Positions 50,205-63,324 of a stretch of 64,000 nucleotides of DNA are shown here, one piece after another. The stretch covers positions 4,216,001 to 4,280,000 of the forward strand of contig MU058213.1 in the NCBI GenBank assembly GCA_013265495.1. The letters run 5' to 3'. The stretch comes from Vicugna vicugna (lineage: Eukaryota). Position 1 is the first letter of the stretch; every line of letters starts with the position of its first letter. The notes beneath the pieces are model-generated. The model searched no databases. It saw only the letters and a list, made by a program, of their open reading frames with translations, and was not told the origin of the DNA. The position numbers were made by a program, and so were the translations under genes.

Positions 50205-52443
50205 GAAAACTGCTATAGACATATTCAGATGAAAGTAAAAACATAATTCTAAAGCTAAGTAGAAAAGTGTGATGGTGTTAATATGTTTTGGGTACACCCT
50301 TTTCCCATTTCCCTCCATTGGTTAAAAAGGCTAGTTTTAAGCAAAATGGGAACTGTGAGGATGGATTGGGTCAGGGTCCCCACAGCAGAGATGTTCTTGG
50401 CTGGAAATGAGCTCTACCCATCACCGAGTTTCTCCCAACACTGAGCACACATTAACTGAGCTCCTTTCCTTGCTCTGTTTCTTCCCAATAGTTATCGCTA
50501 CGTGACATTATGCTATATGAATTATTTCCTGGTCTGTTTCTTGCCTGTCCTACTTCACTTCCATGTAGAATAAAAGCTTTATAAAGTCACAGACTCTGCC
50601 TATTTTATTCACCCCTGATGTGTCTCCTACCCCTGGACCAGTGGCACATACTAGGTCCCCAGTTTTGTTGAACAAATGAACCTGTCTGAAATTAGCTTGG
50701 TTAAAACTGGAAAAATCACATAATGCAAAAATTACTTCATTTCCTTCTCAAAATTAAGAAGAGTATATTATGTGATAAATACAAGTATGATAATAAATAC
50801 ATACAATATACTTGTGTGTCAATATATGTTCTGACAAAGTTTTTTTTTTTTAAATAGTATGCACTTCAGAGAGTCATCAATTAACAGGTTTCTCAAGCCT
50901 TTGCATTCTCTCTGTAGCTGGACAGTTTAGGAGGGAAATGTCTCTTCCATTAATATTTTCACCCTCAGTATGAGACCAGAAAAAGAGAATAAACATGGTA
51001 TGGAAACAACTGAAGTTTAAATTTAGGGGTACCAAATTGGGAATGAGCTTCACAGACCACAGATCCATGATACCCCCATTTGCATTCATTTATTCCCTCT
51101 CTCTGTTTCAGTCTCTGTCTCTCTGTCTCTCCATCTCTCTGTCTCTTTCTCTCATTCTGACTTCCCCTGGCCAACTAAAGCACCCACCCTATCCCTAATT
51201 TGCCTTAATCACACTATCTTTCTTACTTCAGAATATGCTTTTAGCAAATATGGTAATTTTAAAAATCTATTAAGCACATCAACCTATAGTTTGTTGCACA
51301 TGCTGTGTTTTTCCCCCTGCATTCTACTTGCCTTTTAATTTTGTTTAATTGGCTCCAGCACAGAGGTTAGAAATAAATGTTACCTCTTTTTTCTCTCTCT
51401 CTTTAGACACACGTGGATTAACCATCTCTTTAGATCAAGCACATTGCTTGGCGCTGGAGACACAAAAATTAGCAAGATACAGTCTCTCCCTCAAGGGGCT
51501 GATTCTCCTGCCTGGATGACAGCAGTGATGGTACTGATGCAGATAGAGTAAGCTTGTTTGTTTTTTCCTGAACCTTCCTTGTCTCCTGCTTTTGGGGAAA
51601 GTAGAGGCCTGTTCACTTCTATCACTTCTCAAAGATAAACATCAGTATGTTTTCTAAATTTTATTATTACTTTATTATATAGTTTATATTAACTATGTAT
51701 TTTGCAGACAGACATCTTCAAGGATTGACTACGTAACTTCTTTTTATAAAGATTCAGAATCTGACTGTAATTACATTATAGTGGCCTGCTTTTAGTTTTT
51801 GGAACACTTCAAGCTTTCTCTTCTTCAAAGCCTTGTTAATAATGCTCTTAGTATGTATGAGACTCTGCCTGGAATGCTCTTCTTTTGGCTCTGAAGCACA
51901 GTTAGTTCCTTCAATATGAGGCCACCATAACTACCCTACATAACAGCCAATGCCACCACTATCCCCTATAATAAGACTCATTTGTTCCCTTTGTGATATT
52001 TAACACAATTTTTAGTCATTTCAGTTACTTGTTTTCATGTTGTTTCCCTCACTAAGACTGTGAGTCAAATCTTCTCTGTCTTGTCCACAGTTATATCCCC
52101 AATGCCTAGCATAGTGCCTGGCAAAGAACAGTTGTTGGGTAAATATCTGTCAGATGACAGGATAAGGAGGGAAAGAGCAAAAGGGGAAGGGGAGGAGGAA
52201 GAGAGAAAGAGACTCTCCCGACCCTCAATCATTTTGCTCTTCTTCTGAACTCCTAAAGAGCCTACTATCTAGTAGTCTTCAAAACACTTTCCTTCTTTAC
52301 TTCGTAAAGTAAATGTATTTAAATGATATATGTCCTTATACATGTTTAAGTTGATATCTAAAATTTTTCATCAAAAGTTTAAACAAAGGCAAAGGATAAA
52401 CATCCTATATATCATAAATATTAGCATTTAAAATATATCTGTA

Positions 52444-52560
52444 GGGGATACAGCTCAGTGGTAGAGCATGAGCTTAGCATTCACGAGGTCCTGGGTTCAA
52501 TCCCTGGTACCCTCATTAAAATAAATAAATAAATAACCTAATTACCACTCCCCAAAATAA
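52444..52560 (+). mobile_element. Camelid tRNA-derived SINE (vic-1-like)
   Basis: GGGGATACAGCTCAGTGGTAGAGCATGAGCTTAGCATTCACGAGGTCCTGGGTTCAATCCCTGG. Confidence 0.92.
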
Positions 52561-52852
52561 ACCTATTACACAATATTCTTTGAAATGTATCCAGTAGAAC
52601 TTAAATTCAATAGAGACTTGATATCTACCACCATCCATTTAAAAAAGGCACAAAGATCTAGGCATACCCCTCACAGACATCAGAGAGAAAGTGGTATAGA
52701 GGTCCTCCCCAAGACATGTACAAGAATATTCACAGCAACTTAATCCATAATGACCAAAAGATGAAGAAAAACCAAGTAACTGTTCCTCAGCAGTAGAATG
52801 GCTAAATAAATTATGGTACATAGCAACATACATACACTATAATATTATATAG

Positions 52853-55800
52853 CAGTGGTTCTCAAACTTTTTGGTCTCAGGATCCCTTTATACTCTTAAA
52901 ACTTACTTGAGGATACCAAAGAATTTTTTATCTATCTGGGCATTTCTATCAATATTTGTCATATTAAAAATTAAAACAGAGATTTTTAGATTTTGCATGA
53001 ATTTATTTTTAAAATAACAATCACAACAGGTACAAACCTTAAAGATATTATGCTAGTGAAACAAACCAGACACAAAAGGAAAAATATTGTATGATTCTAC
53101 TTATAGGAGGTAACAAGAGTAGTCAAATTCATAGGGACAGAAAATAAAATGGTCATTGCCATAGGCCGGGGGGAGAGGCAAATAGAGAGCTATTGTTTAA
53201 TGTTAAAGAATTTCAGTTTGGGAAGATGAGAAAGTTCTGGAAAAGAATGATGGTGACAGTTGCACAACAATGTTACTGTACCTTAAGCCACTTAACTATA
53301 CACCTAAAAATGGTTTAAATGGTAAATTTTGTTATGTATATTTTACTACAATTAAAAATAACAATAATAAATCCATTACATGTTAACATACATACTTTTA
53401 TGATGACTGCATTTTCCAAACAAAAATATTAGTAAGGATAAGCAGCATTATTTTACACTCGGCAAAGCTCTTTAAAGTTTGGCTTAATAGAAAACAGCAA
53501 GATTCTAATATCTGCTTCTGTTTTCAATCTGTCACAATATGTTGTTTTGGTTCAAGTATATGAAGAAAATTTGGCCTCACAAAGATACACAGTGGAAAAG
53601 AGAAGGATTATTTTAATAGCCTTTTCAGAAAACTGTAAACAGTTTTCTTTAATACTACATCAAAACTTGATAAGTGGTAGTTTCTTAAAATATTGGCTGA
53701 CCAAAATATTTCGAATATTGACACACTTCGTTGTATATCAGAAAAATCACATTTGTTAGTAACACCACCAATCTCAACAGAAAAGTCATGAAGACATACA
53801 TGTACAGCAGAAGTCCTTTATGTGTGTGTACCTCTTATTTCATCACAAAGAGTATTAAGAAGACATGTACTAATCTCAGCAACTTATGAATAAAAGGGAA
53901 CTTCTTCAACCTGATAAAAGACTAGTAAACACTTATTTCTAATACCATAACTAATGATAAAAGACTAAATGTTTTCCCTTCAAAATCTGAAAATAAAGCT
54001 AAGATATCTGCTTTCATTGCTTCTACTCAATACTGTACACTGTCGCCAGTGTAATAAGAGTAGAAAAAGAAAGAAAAAGCATATAAACTGGGAAGGAAGA
54101 AATAAAACTGTCTTTATGTACAAATGTCATAATTATATACACTAAAAAATTTCAGAAATATCTACAGAAAATTTGCTAGAATGAAAAAGTGGGTTTAGCA
54201 AGTTCACAGGATATAATATCAATACATTAAAAAATGCAAATAACAACTGAAAATTGAAATGTAAAAAAATATAATTTTCAAAAAATATAGAATACTTAGG
54301 AATAAATCCAACAAAATTTGTATCCTGAAAACTGCAATATATTCATGAGAGAAATTTAAGAAGATGTAAATAGATATGCCATGTTCATACATTTAAAGAT
54401 TTAGTATTGTAAGGTGGCAATTATCCCCAAACAAGTCTATAGATTCAATGCACTGTCAATCAAAATCCCATTCTTTTTGTAGAAATTGACAAATTAATTT
54501 TCACATTTATATAGAAAAGCCAAGTATCCAGAATAACCAAATGAATTTTGATTTTTTCTTCTTAAGTTCTTTAAAATAGACATGATAGTTTAAAACAAAG
54601 GTTTAAAACAAAGAGGCTGTCAACAGAGATCCTACAGACATTAGAAGAATAATAAGAAAACGCTATGAACAACATTATGCCAACAAATTCAACAACACAG
54701 ATGAAAAACGCAAATTTCTTAAAATACACAATATACCAAAATAGACCCAAGGAAAAGCAGAAAATCTAAGTAGGCTTACATCTAATTGAATTTGTTATGA
54801 AAAACTTTCCCCAAAAGAAAACTCCAGAGCCAGATGGTTTCAATGGTGAAAATTCCAAATTTATACAAATGTTTTTCAGAAAAGACAGGAATGAACATCA
54901 TCCACCTCATTTTATATGGTCAAGTGTTATGGGCTAAATCGTGACCCCCAGAAAATTCATATGTTGAAGTTCCAAACCTCAGTAGCTTAGAATATAACCA
55001 TATTTGGAAATTAGGTCCTTAAAGAGGTGATTAAGTTAAAATGATACTGTCAGAGTGGGGCTCTAATATGACTGTTGTCCCTAAAAGAAGAGAGTGACAC
55101 CAGGGGCACGTGCTTGCACAGAAAAGGCCATCTGAGGACCCAGAATAAAGGTGACCACCTGTATGCCAAGGAGAGAGGTCGCAGGAGAAATCAAACCTGC
55201 CAACAATTTGATCTTAGACTTCTAGCCACCAGAATTGTGAGAAAAGAAATTTCTGTTGTTTGAGACACCCAGTCTGTGGTATTTTGTTACTGCAGATTTA
55301 GCAAACTAATACACCAAAATAAGCATAATACCAATATCTGACAAAGATGGTATAAAAAAATTTACAGACCAATATCCTTCATGGATATAGAGGCAAAGTC
55401 CTTAATAAAACACTGGCAAGTCAATTCAATAGTACATAAAAAGAATAAAACGTCAAGACTAAGTAGGATTTATCCCAGGAGTACAAGATTAGTTTAAGAT
55501 TTTTAAAAATCAATCAATATAATTCACTATAGTAACAGACTAAAGGATAAAACCCATAAGATCATTTCAATAGATACAGAAAAAGCATTTGACAATATCC
55601 AACATTTATTTCTGATAAAAACTTTCAGCAATAGTATGGAACTTCCTCAAAGGAATAAATGGCCTCTACAACATAATTAATGGTGAAAGACTGAACTGTT
55701 TACAATGGGAAAAATGCAAACATGTCATTATAAGTATTTCTATTCAAAACTGTACTAGAGGTCCTAGTCACTGTAAGACAGAAAGAAAAAGAAATAAATA

Positions 55801-56728
55801 GCATTAAGATAAAAAAGGAAGCAGTAAAACTCTCCCTATTTGCAAATTATATAATTATTAATGTAAAAAATCCCAGAAGAACCAGAAAACAGTTAAGAGA
55901 ACCTGTAAATAAAAGTAAACATTAAACATACATTTTATATGCTAACTGGAAACTACTGGAAAATGAAATTTTAAAAGCCATTTCATGTATAATAGCACCA
56001 AAAATAAAATAATAGATCTAACAAAAGATATTTACATTGGAAACTACAAAAACATAGTTGAAAGAAACCGAAGAATATCTAAATAAAAGAGAGATATACC
56101 ATGTTCCTGGATGAGAGGATTCAAAATAGTTAACATAACAATTCTCCCCAAACTGTAGTATTAGTGAAAGCTTGGACATACAGATCAATGAAACTGAATA
56201 CAAAGCCAAACAGACTGTGTGTGTGTGTGTGTGTGTGTGTGTACAGGGGGGAGGGGAGAGAGAGAATGGGAGAGGGAGCGGGCATGCACAGGGAGTCGGG
56301 GAGTGTTTTGAGAAAAGTGCCAAGTTAATTCAACGGAGAAAAGGGAGAAAGAGCAGTCTTTCTGGTAAGTAGCACTGTAACAACTTGACACTGGGCATCC
56401 ATATTTTTAATCAATCCTAAAGTCACACCATATGCCAAAAGTAACTTGAAATGGATCATAGTCCTAAATATAAAATCTAAAACTATAAAATTTATAGAAA
56501 GGAATAGCACAGAAAATATTCGTGTCCTTAGATTAGGCAAAGAAATTTCAGAGAGACATAAACTAAACATTACTGCTTTTGCACCATCATAAAAACATCA
56601 AGGCACTGAAAAAGGCAAATAAATAAAACTCTAAATTATTATGAAAATAATTTGACTCATAGACGTCCCCCCTAAAAATTCTCAGGTACCCCCTCCAGGA
56701 GTTCTCAGACCACATTTTGAGAATAGCT
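52853..56728. mobile_element. Charlie1-like hAT transposon split by nested L1s (~53023-53354 and ~53870-56565) and an MLT1 LTR
   Basis: Left end CAGTGGTTCTCAAACTTTTTGGTCTCAGGATCCCTTTATACTCTTAAA; right end GACCACATTTTGAGAATAGCT; AAAATAACAAT TSD around the first nested L1. Confidence 0.75.
54925..55313 (+). mobile_element. MaLR LTR (MLT1B/C-like)
   Basis: TGTTATGGGCTAAATCGTGACCCCCAGAAAATTCATATGTTGAAG...TAGCAAACTAATACA. Confidence 0.88.
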
Positions 56729-57101
56729 ATTTTGCAACAATTAAAAAGAATGAACTCTGACGTATGCAACAATGAATGCGTCATACAGACATAAATGTTG
56801 AACAAAAGAAGCCTGGCCCAAAGGGGAATATACCATATAATTCCTGACATAACTTCCAAGAACAGGCTACAGTACTCTATAGCATAAGAAGTCAAAATAA
56901 CGGTTGTCTCTGGAGTCAGGGAAGGAGGAGATTAACTGAGAAAGGTCACGGTGGGGAGGGCACCACTTGTAACTTGATTTAGGTGGTGGCCTGTACATGT
57001 TACTATATGGCTGTTGTACCTCAATAAAAATATGAAAAGAAGCAATATAAACAAGTTCTTCTTTAAGAGGGCTATGTCTTTCTTTTCCCCCTTGAACTTA
57101 C

Positions 57102-57133
57102 ATTTCGATTCCACTTCCTTACAGAATATTATT
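57102..57133 (-). ncRNA. Candidate micro-exon (32 nt)
   Basis: Acceptor CTGTATTTCATTAG| and donor AAT|GTAAGT. Confidence 0.25.
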
Positions 57134-58939
57134 CTAATGAAATACAGTTCTATATTTTAAAGTCTTTTATTAAACATCCTCTAATACTTCTATGTAACAA
57201 AACCATATGCATATTCTCAAGCAGGTCAATCTTGGTGAATTCATAATGAAGCTAAGAATCTGGAAATACTAGTTTGAAGATAATGGACTAAAATATTCAT
57301 TTGGCATTTCATATCTTAATTGTTAAAGTACACTTTTATGTATGTATGTCTTATTTCATTATGCGGTTAGTTCCTTTTAAAGGCAAGGAAGCATCTTGAG
57401 TCTTCCATAGCAAAGGACCTAATATGCAGTGGAGGGGCTCTTGATTCATTTTCTCATTCATTCATGCAACAAAAATTTCTTTAGCATTTACATGTCAGGT
57501 ACTTTCTAGGCCCTGGATGTATCATGATAGGTAGGTGCAGGGCTCACTAAATTCCTGTTGACGATTGATAATTATCAGTTACATTTCAGAAAGAATGTAA
57601 TTCGCTTTTCTTCTGAACTCCAAGTGCAGGTGCACTACAGGTCTTATTAACCCTGTTGTAAAAATGGGGACACCAAGACACAGAGATTAATTAACTGACT
57701 TGCTAAGGGTCATGTACTTTGTCACGAGTTGAGTGAGGATTAAAACCCTTACAGGTTTTTTCCTGGACTGAGGTGTTAAGGGAATTCATTTAGATTGACT
57801 GGAGTTCATATTTCATTTAAATGCTCTCATTTCACTTGTGCTCCATCCACCTTCTCCGACTCATACTTTAGGACCTGCAGTCTGAACTAGTTTACTTCCA
57901 CTTCAGACACTGTCAAGATAAATTAGACACTGAGGGCCCATGACACCATCTGAAGCAGAAGTGCTATTAGTGGAAAATATAAAAGCAGTTTTGATTTTAA
58001 TATAGTGCTGCATGTTTTTGGAGAACCCGTTTTCTACTGTAAATGAAATGAGAATAATAAACCTAGGTAAATTTTGAAAACATTTAAAAAAAATTAAAAT
58101 TTGATTTTACTATACATCCTCAGGCAAACAAAGCCAAAGGAAGGTAGGTAACGGTAAATATTTTTATCTCTGATAATGCATCTACAAACCACTCTGCTGA
58201 ATAAGATCTGGCAGGCTCCTGACTGTGAGCAGAGATAGGGTAACAACTCTGATAATACATAAACTTGTATCAGATACAGCCTCCATTTGTGCTGTAATCA
58301 TCCATCTATAGCCTAGTCTGTTCATTTGACAAGGCATGTTATTAATAAAGCCTGCTGCACCACAAGTGTCTTGCCCTACATGGTGTTTATATTGTTGAAA
58401 ACTGTAATCACCTGAAACAATGGCCTCTGTGAAAAGATGTCATATGTTACGAGCTGTGTAAAGATCAAAATAAATTAGACTACTAATGGTAGCTGTGAAG
58501 GATTAAAACATGAGTTACACTGCACAGAGTTAATGACTCGGCCTTGCTTTTAAGATTTATTTCCATTCTGGTCCCTGGGAGATAACCTAGAATTTCCTGC
58601 CAAGCCTCCTGGAGAGAAAAATTTCCCTCACCAGAATGTAAACTTATTGAAGGCAGGGAACTCTGACTTAATCCACAACGTCTCCTGAGCACATAACTCA
58701 ATACTTGGAAGAGAGTCAACATTTAATACTTATTAAATGAAAAAAAAATGAATGAAAATGAGTATAGGAAAGAAATGGAACAAGTTTCAGGTTCAAGCCA
58801 TTATCAGAGTTCCGGCAAGCTGTGGCATGGAAAAATACAGTGGAACCCCGCCTCCAGGAGATCGGTATTAATGGGGAGGGAGAGGGTAAAATGGAAGCAA
58901 TCTGAAGCCAAGTCGCTGAGGATACCATATGGCACTCAC

Positions 58940-58979
58940 ATGTTGCTGAGCTAGACAGAAAAGTCCCGGGTACAGAACC
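58940..58979 (-). ncRNA. Candidate second exon (40 nt)
   Basis: Strong acceptor CTTTATTCTTTCCTTACAG| and donor CAT|GTGAGT, 2.5-3 kb downstream of the CpG island. Confidence 0.55.
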
Positions 58980-59379
58980 CTGTAAGGAAAGAATAAAGCT
59001 TGTCTGTGGTCCCCACCTCCCCACCCCAACCTGATAGGATTTGGATTAATTCTTGCAGCTTTCAGATCCTGAGACAACTAAAGGGGCTTCAGATCTCCTC
59101 TAACCCCACTAATGGAGTGCTAGGTGGCATAGCCTCCAGGTGACTGCCTGTGGTTCAGGAACCCCTGTGAGGGTCTAGAACAAGAGCTCAATTGTAGGGA
59201 GGCAGACACAGGGAGGGCCAGGTCCTCAAATGGAGCTGGATGACTTCTCAGCTGTGATAGTAAAGACAGAATATGGAGAAAGATTTAAAAATTTAGAAGT
59301 GATGAAGATACAGAAACATTTTGCAGTAGAGAAAAAGAAAAATGAAAAAATCTTTTGAGACCTAAGCCACAACCACTTT

Positions 59380-59900
59380 TCCCTATTTTTTTTCTGGCAG
59401 AATTTGATGTTGTTTGGATTATATCCTCCTGCATGTTCATGGAAGGTGATTTCTCTCCTTAGCATGCAGGGTAGATTATGTTTGGCATCTTTCTACAAGT
59501 AATTAGGATGTGTGTGTGACACAAGTCTGCCCAGTGGGACACTAGAAGTTCTACTAGAGCCCTCTAGAAAGGGTTACCCTTTCTTTATTATGAAAAAGAC
59601 AGAGGCAGAGACAGAAGGAAGTGGGAGACAACATCCCCCTTCTTTGCTATATGCCTTTGACTGCATTTGATACCAAGAAATGCTGAAGCCATGGTGCCGC
59701 CTGGAAAGAAGGCAGGAGAGATTACCATCATCTGAGGATGCCACAGCCGAAAGAAGATATCTACTTGGGTCCTCAGTGACATCCTGGAGTTAGATGATTA
59801 ACCAGTAAAAGAACAACCTTCCTCCAAAGTTCTTACTTGACAGGATAACAAATTCCTTATTTTTCAAAAGCCACCTCTATTCTGGTTTTCTGTTGTTTGC
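59380..59900 (+). mobile_element. Old ERVL/MaLR-type LTR
   Basis: ...GAAAGAAGATATCTACTTGGGTCCTCAGTGACATC...TTTTCTGTTGTTTGCA. Confidence 0.55.
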
Positions 59901-60452
59901 ACTTTTGTTGTTAACTTGATCTTTTCTAGTAAACATGAGAACATGTGTAATGCACATTAAATGTGGAACTTGAAAAGTCTGAAACAGACATTTCAACTTT
60001 TACCCATAGCCTCCATCTTCTCCTCCTTCCCCCATCCCTTCCCCACTCTGAGTGGACTCAAACAAGGGCCAGGAGACACAGGACTGGGTGCAAAAGGACC
60101 TCTCCCTTCTCAAGACTTAAGTCTTTGTTTCCGGCTCAAGCTCACTGTGTTCGACTCCTTCCCTGAGGACATGTTCTGTCCCAGAAAGCTTCTCAGTCAC
60201 TCCAGTAAACAGGCTTCTGGCACCTTTCCCATCAGTTCCACAGACAGACCCAGACATGTCTGAACCTCGAGCCACAGCTTAGGCTCACTTGGGAGCTCCA
60301 ACCACAGCACCATTCTGTATATATCTAGCAATGTGTTGTGGCCCCTGAGCAGAAATAGTCAGAGAATGAAAATGATGAAGACTTAGGGATGGGAACTGAC
60401 CCAGGCATGAGATAAGGTCTGAGAACACAGGAGTTAGTGGATTTACCAGGTA

Positions 60453-60590
60453 ATACAGTTGACCCTTGAGCAATACTAGTTGGAACTCCACAGGTCCACT
60501 TATGCATGGATTTTTTCAACAGATATACATCACTCTTATGAAGACCATACAGTACCAAGCTTAGAATTCTGCATCTACAGAGTTAGTGTC
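60453..60590. mobile_element. Tigger-type MITE fragment
   Basis: TA|CAGTTGACCCTTGAGCAA terminal motif. Confidence 0.6.
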
Positions 60591-61433
60591 AATACATGTG
60601 TATTAAGTTTAACTTAAATGACCAGGTTGTAGGTTGAAGATCAAATGGCTTCCTTTTACAGACTCTTCTGTTCAGAGTCTTTAAAGCACCATCACCTAAC
60701 CCACGAAAACAAAACCTTCGATGTTTTCACCTTGGTTATCTAAGTTTATTTTCATGATACATTTGAGATTAAGAGTGGTAAGAATAGTTTAACTTACCAG
60801 AAAGAAACGAAGGCACAGAGAGATGCTCTGACTTGGCCAAGGTCCCAGAGGGCACCCGTGGCAGAACTAGGATGGTCTCTAAGCCCCTGGGGGCTCTCAA
60901 GCCATTGTTCTGATGTCCCTGTATGTAATTGTTTTGACAGCAATTTCCCTGGTTCTCTCTCACTAGCCTGCTAATCACGCATGTCAATCACACTCAGGAC
61001 CGCCATGGGCCTAAGGGGTCAGCCACAGTCTCAGGAGGATGTAATTCAAAAGAGAAAACAAGGCACAATAGAGCACTTTCTCCTTCAAGCGTGTATGTCA
61101 GTTGTGGCCTCATCAGTCTGACAATGTGTGCAGGCGAGAATGTTGGGTTTTTCCCCTCAGACGGGGAAAGGATATATCAAGTGTTCTGACCACAACTGAA
61201 AACCAAGTGAGAAATCCAGCAGTTTTAGGTCCTCTCACTAGAGAACACCCAAGGATATGGAACGAGTTCTCCATCCCATCTCTGAAGAATCAGGAGGGAT
61301 ATCCTCTTCCTCCTCAACGTCAGTCTCCGTAGCTTCCCTCCAGTCGGTTGAGCAGGCCTGACGGTGGTGGAGCCGTCGTGTAAACCTTGACACAGATGCT
61401 AATTACCCTTCTCCGACAGACCCCTTGGCCGCC

Positions 61434-61456
61434 TTTCCTCATTTCACTTTCACTTT
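61434..61456 (-). promoter_or_regulatory. Tandem IRF element with an adjacent ETS core
   Basis: Minus strand AAAGTGAAAGTGAAATGAGGAAA. Confidence 0.55.
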
Positions 61457-61459
61457 AGA

Positions 61460-62150
61460 GAGCAGCACCACGGGGCCCAGGAGCCAGAGTCCAGGCCCAG
61501 ACCTGGAGAACGGCCCCGAGGAGCAGCGCGCGTGCGGCCGGGAGGGCGGGGCGGGAAGGGGCGCGTGCGCGGGGATAGGGATGTTCGTGTGAGGCGTGGC
61601 TTCTGGAATGTGCGTGAGCGCGGCCCCCGAGCACCGCCCGCGCGGCGCCGATTGGCCGGGGGCGCGCGGCGGGGGAAGCCCTTGGCTAATCTCCTGCCAC
61701 TCAGCCCGGCCGACGTCGGCGCCGGGCCGCAGCGCCCCGCGCGGAAGGACAAATAGTCCCGGCGGCGGCGCCGCGCGCCCCTCCACGACTCACCTCGCCC
61801 CGCCCGGGACTGCCGGGGCCCAGAGGCCCGGGCAGCGGGGGAGGGGCGGCCTCCGCGGCTCCTCGACCCCCGCCCCCCTCTTCACGACCAGACGGGTGGA
61901 TTGCGCTCCCTTGGGAAAAGTAATTGGATTCCGGGCTCCCTCCAGCCAGGATCAGCGGAAATCGGAGGCTGAGCCCGCAGTGGGAGGGGCGGGTGGGGAG
62001 AAGCCGCCGGGGAGGAAAACTTGGTGAAAGCACCACTATCCCCCGAAGTGCTGGCGTGCTGGTTTCTGTGCAGGCCCCCGTAGAAAGTTGAGTGGTAGGG
62101 AGGGATCAACCGACATTGCTCCGGGGCCGGTTTCCGCCTGGCGTGTGACT
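61460..62150 (-). promoter_or_regulatory. CpG-island promoter, probably firing on the minus strand
   Basis: Dense CpG in an otherwise CpG-depleted window; GGGCGGGG GC boxes; CCAAT (minus) near 61651 and 61923; minus-strand donors AGG|GTAATT (61407), GAG|GTGAGT (61794), CTG|GTAAGT (62368). Confidence 0.8.
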
Positions 62151-62554
62151 CTTGTACCCTCCAAGTTGTCATCATTCTGAAATTCACCTGATTGCTAATC
62201 CTCCGGAAGAGAAATACTTTGGAATCTTAGAGACTTTCAGCCTTCACCACTTCGTTTTTCTCTCAGAACTCTGCTTGGAGCTGAGATGGTGAAAGAACCC
62301 AGTCCAGTCTGGAACTGGAGATGTGTCTTTCTTAACGGGGTAACTCAGGAGAAAATAGCATACTTACCAGAACCGTCCGAGGAAGTATCCCAAGTCTTAG
62401 CTTTAGCGGTAGCCAACCTCCCTAATTCCCTTCGCCTTGCGGAGGTGGAGCAAAAGTGGGAGCTTTTTGGCTGAAATGATAGGAATGTTCTAGGAATTTA
62501 AGAGACTAGCTCAGCCCTCTTGCGATTTGTTTTTTCATCTCAGTTACGCATTTC

Positions 62555-63030
62555 ACTCATTCATTCATCAAACATGTTTTCATTGGGGACTTTCTATGTG
62601 CCAGTCTCTGCTGTACTTTCCAGGGATACATCAGTGAATAAAACAAATCCCTGCCCTCATGGAATCTCATTGCAATTCCTCCACTGGGGGAGAGAGACAA
62701 TATATTTACAAACAAACAGATGTACAGAATAATGTCATGTAGTGATCAGTGCTATGAAGACAAAGCAGAATGGAAGGACAGACAAGGATGAAGGTGGAAG
62801 CAGTGCATTTATTTTAGCTAAGTTGATCTAGAAGGGCCTCCTTGATGAAGTTACGTTTAAATAGTGATCTGAATGAAATGAGGAAGAAAGCCACGCAAAA
62901 GTCTAGATGAACGACTTTCCAGAGACAAGAGCAAGGGTAAAGGTTCCGAGGCCAGTGTTTAGTGAGTTTGAATTAGTGGGAAGCAAGGTGGCCAAACTGA
63001 GTGCTGTGCAATGAACAGGAAAAAGTTAGA
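62555..63030 (-). mobile_element. L2 3' end
   Basis: CATTCATTCATCAAACATGTTTTCATTGGGGACTTTCTATGTGCCAG...CCCTGCCCTCATGGAA. Confidence 0.8.
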
Positions 63031-63324
63031 GATGGTCTTTCCGACTTCCTTCCCACTCCGCTCCAATCTAAACTGCCAGAAAAATCATTCTAAATCTTTT
63101 CTTTTAGCACATCGCTTCATGCTTTGATAATTTCATGCCTGTATTTTTCTATTCCATTAAATTTAAACTCTTCTGACTTATTTTCAAGTTCCCTCTTACC
63201 CTGTAAACCACTCCTCAGTCTACCCCTTTAATTTTAGTTAGGTCTTTCCCTCAAATATATTCATGTCCATTTATTCCTGTGTATATTTATTTATGGATCT
63301 ACTTTCACACGACTTAGTACTGAT

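Noticed and set aside
61227..61400. Acidic minus-strand open frame (EATETDVEEEEDIPPDSSE)
   Set aside because: No upstream ATG, preceded by an in-frame stop, no clear splice boundaries and no recognised homology
61439..62187. Overlapping 74-143 aa ORFs in the CpG island
   Set aside because: Pro/Gly/Arg/Ala-rich open frames on both strands are expected from high GC content; no recognisable domain
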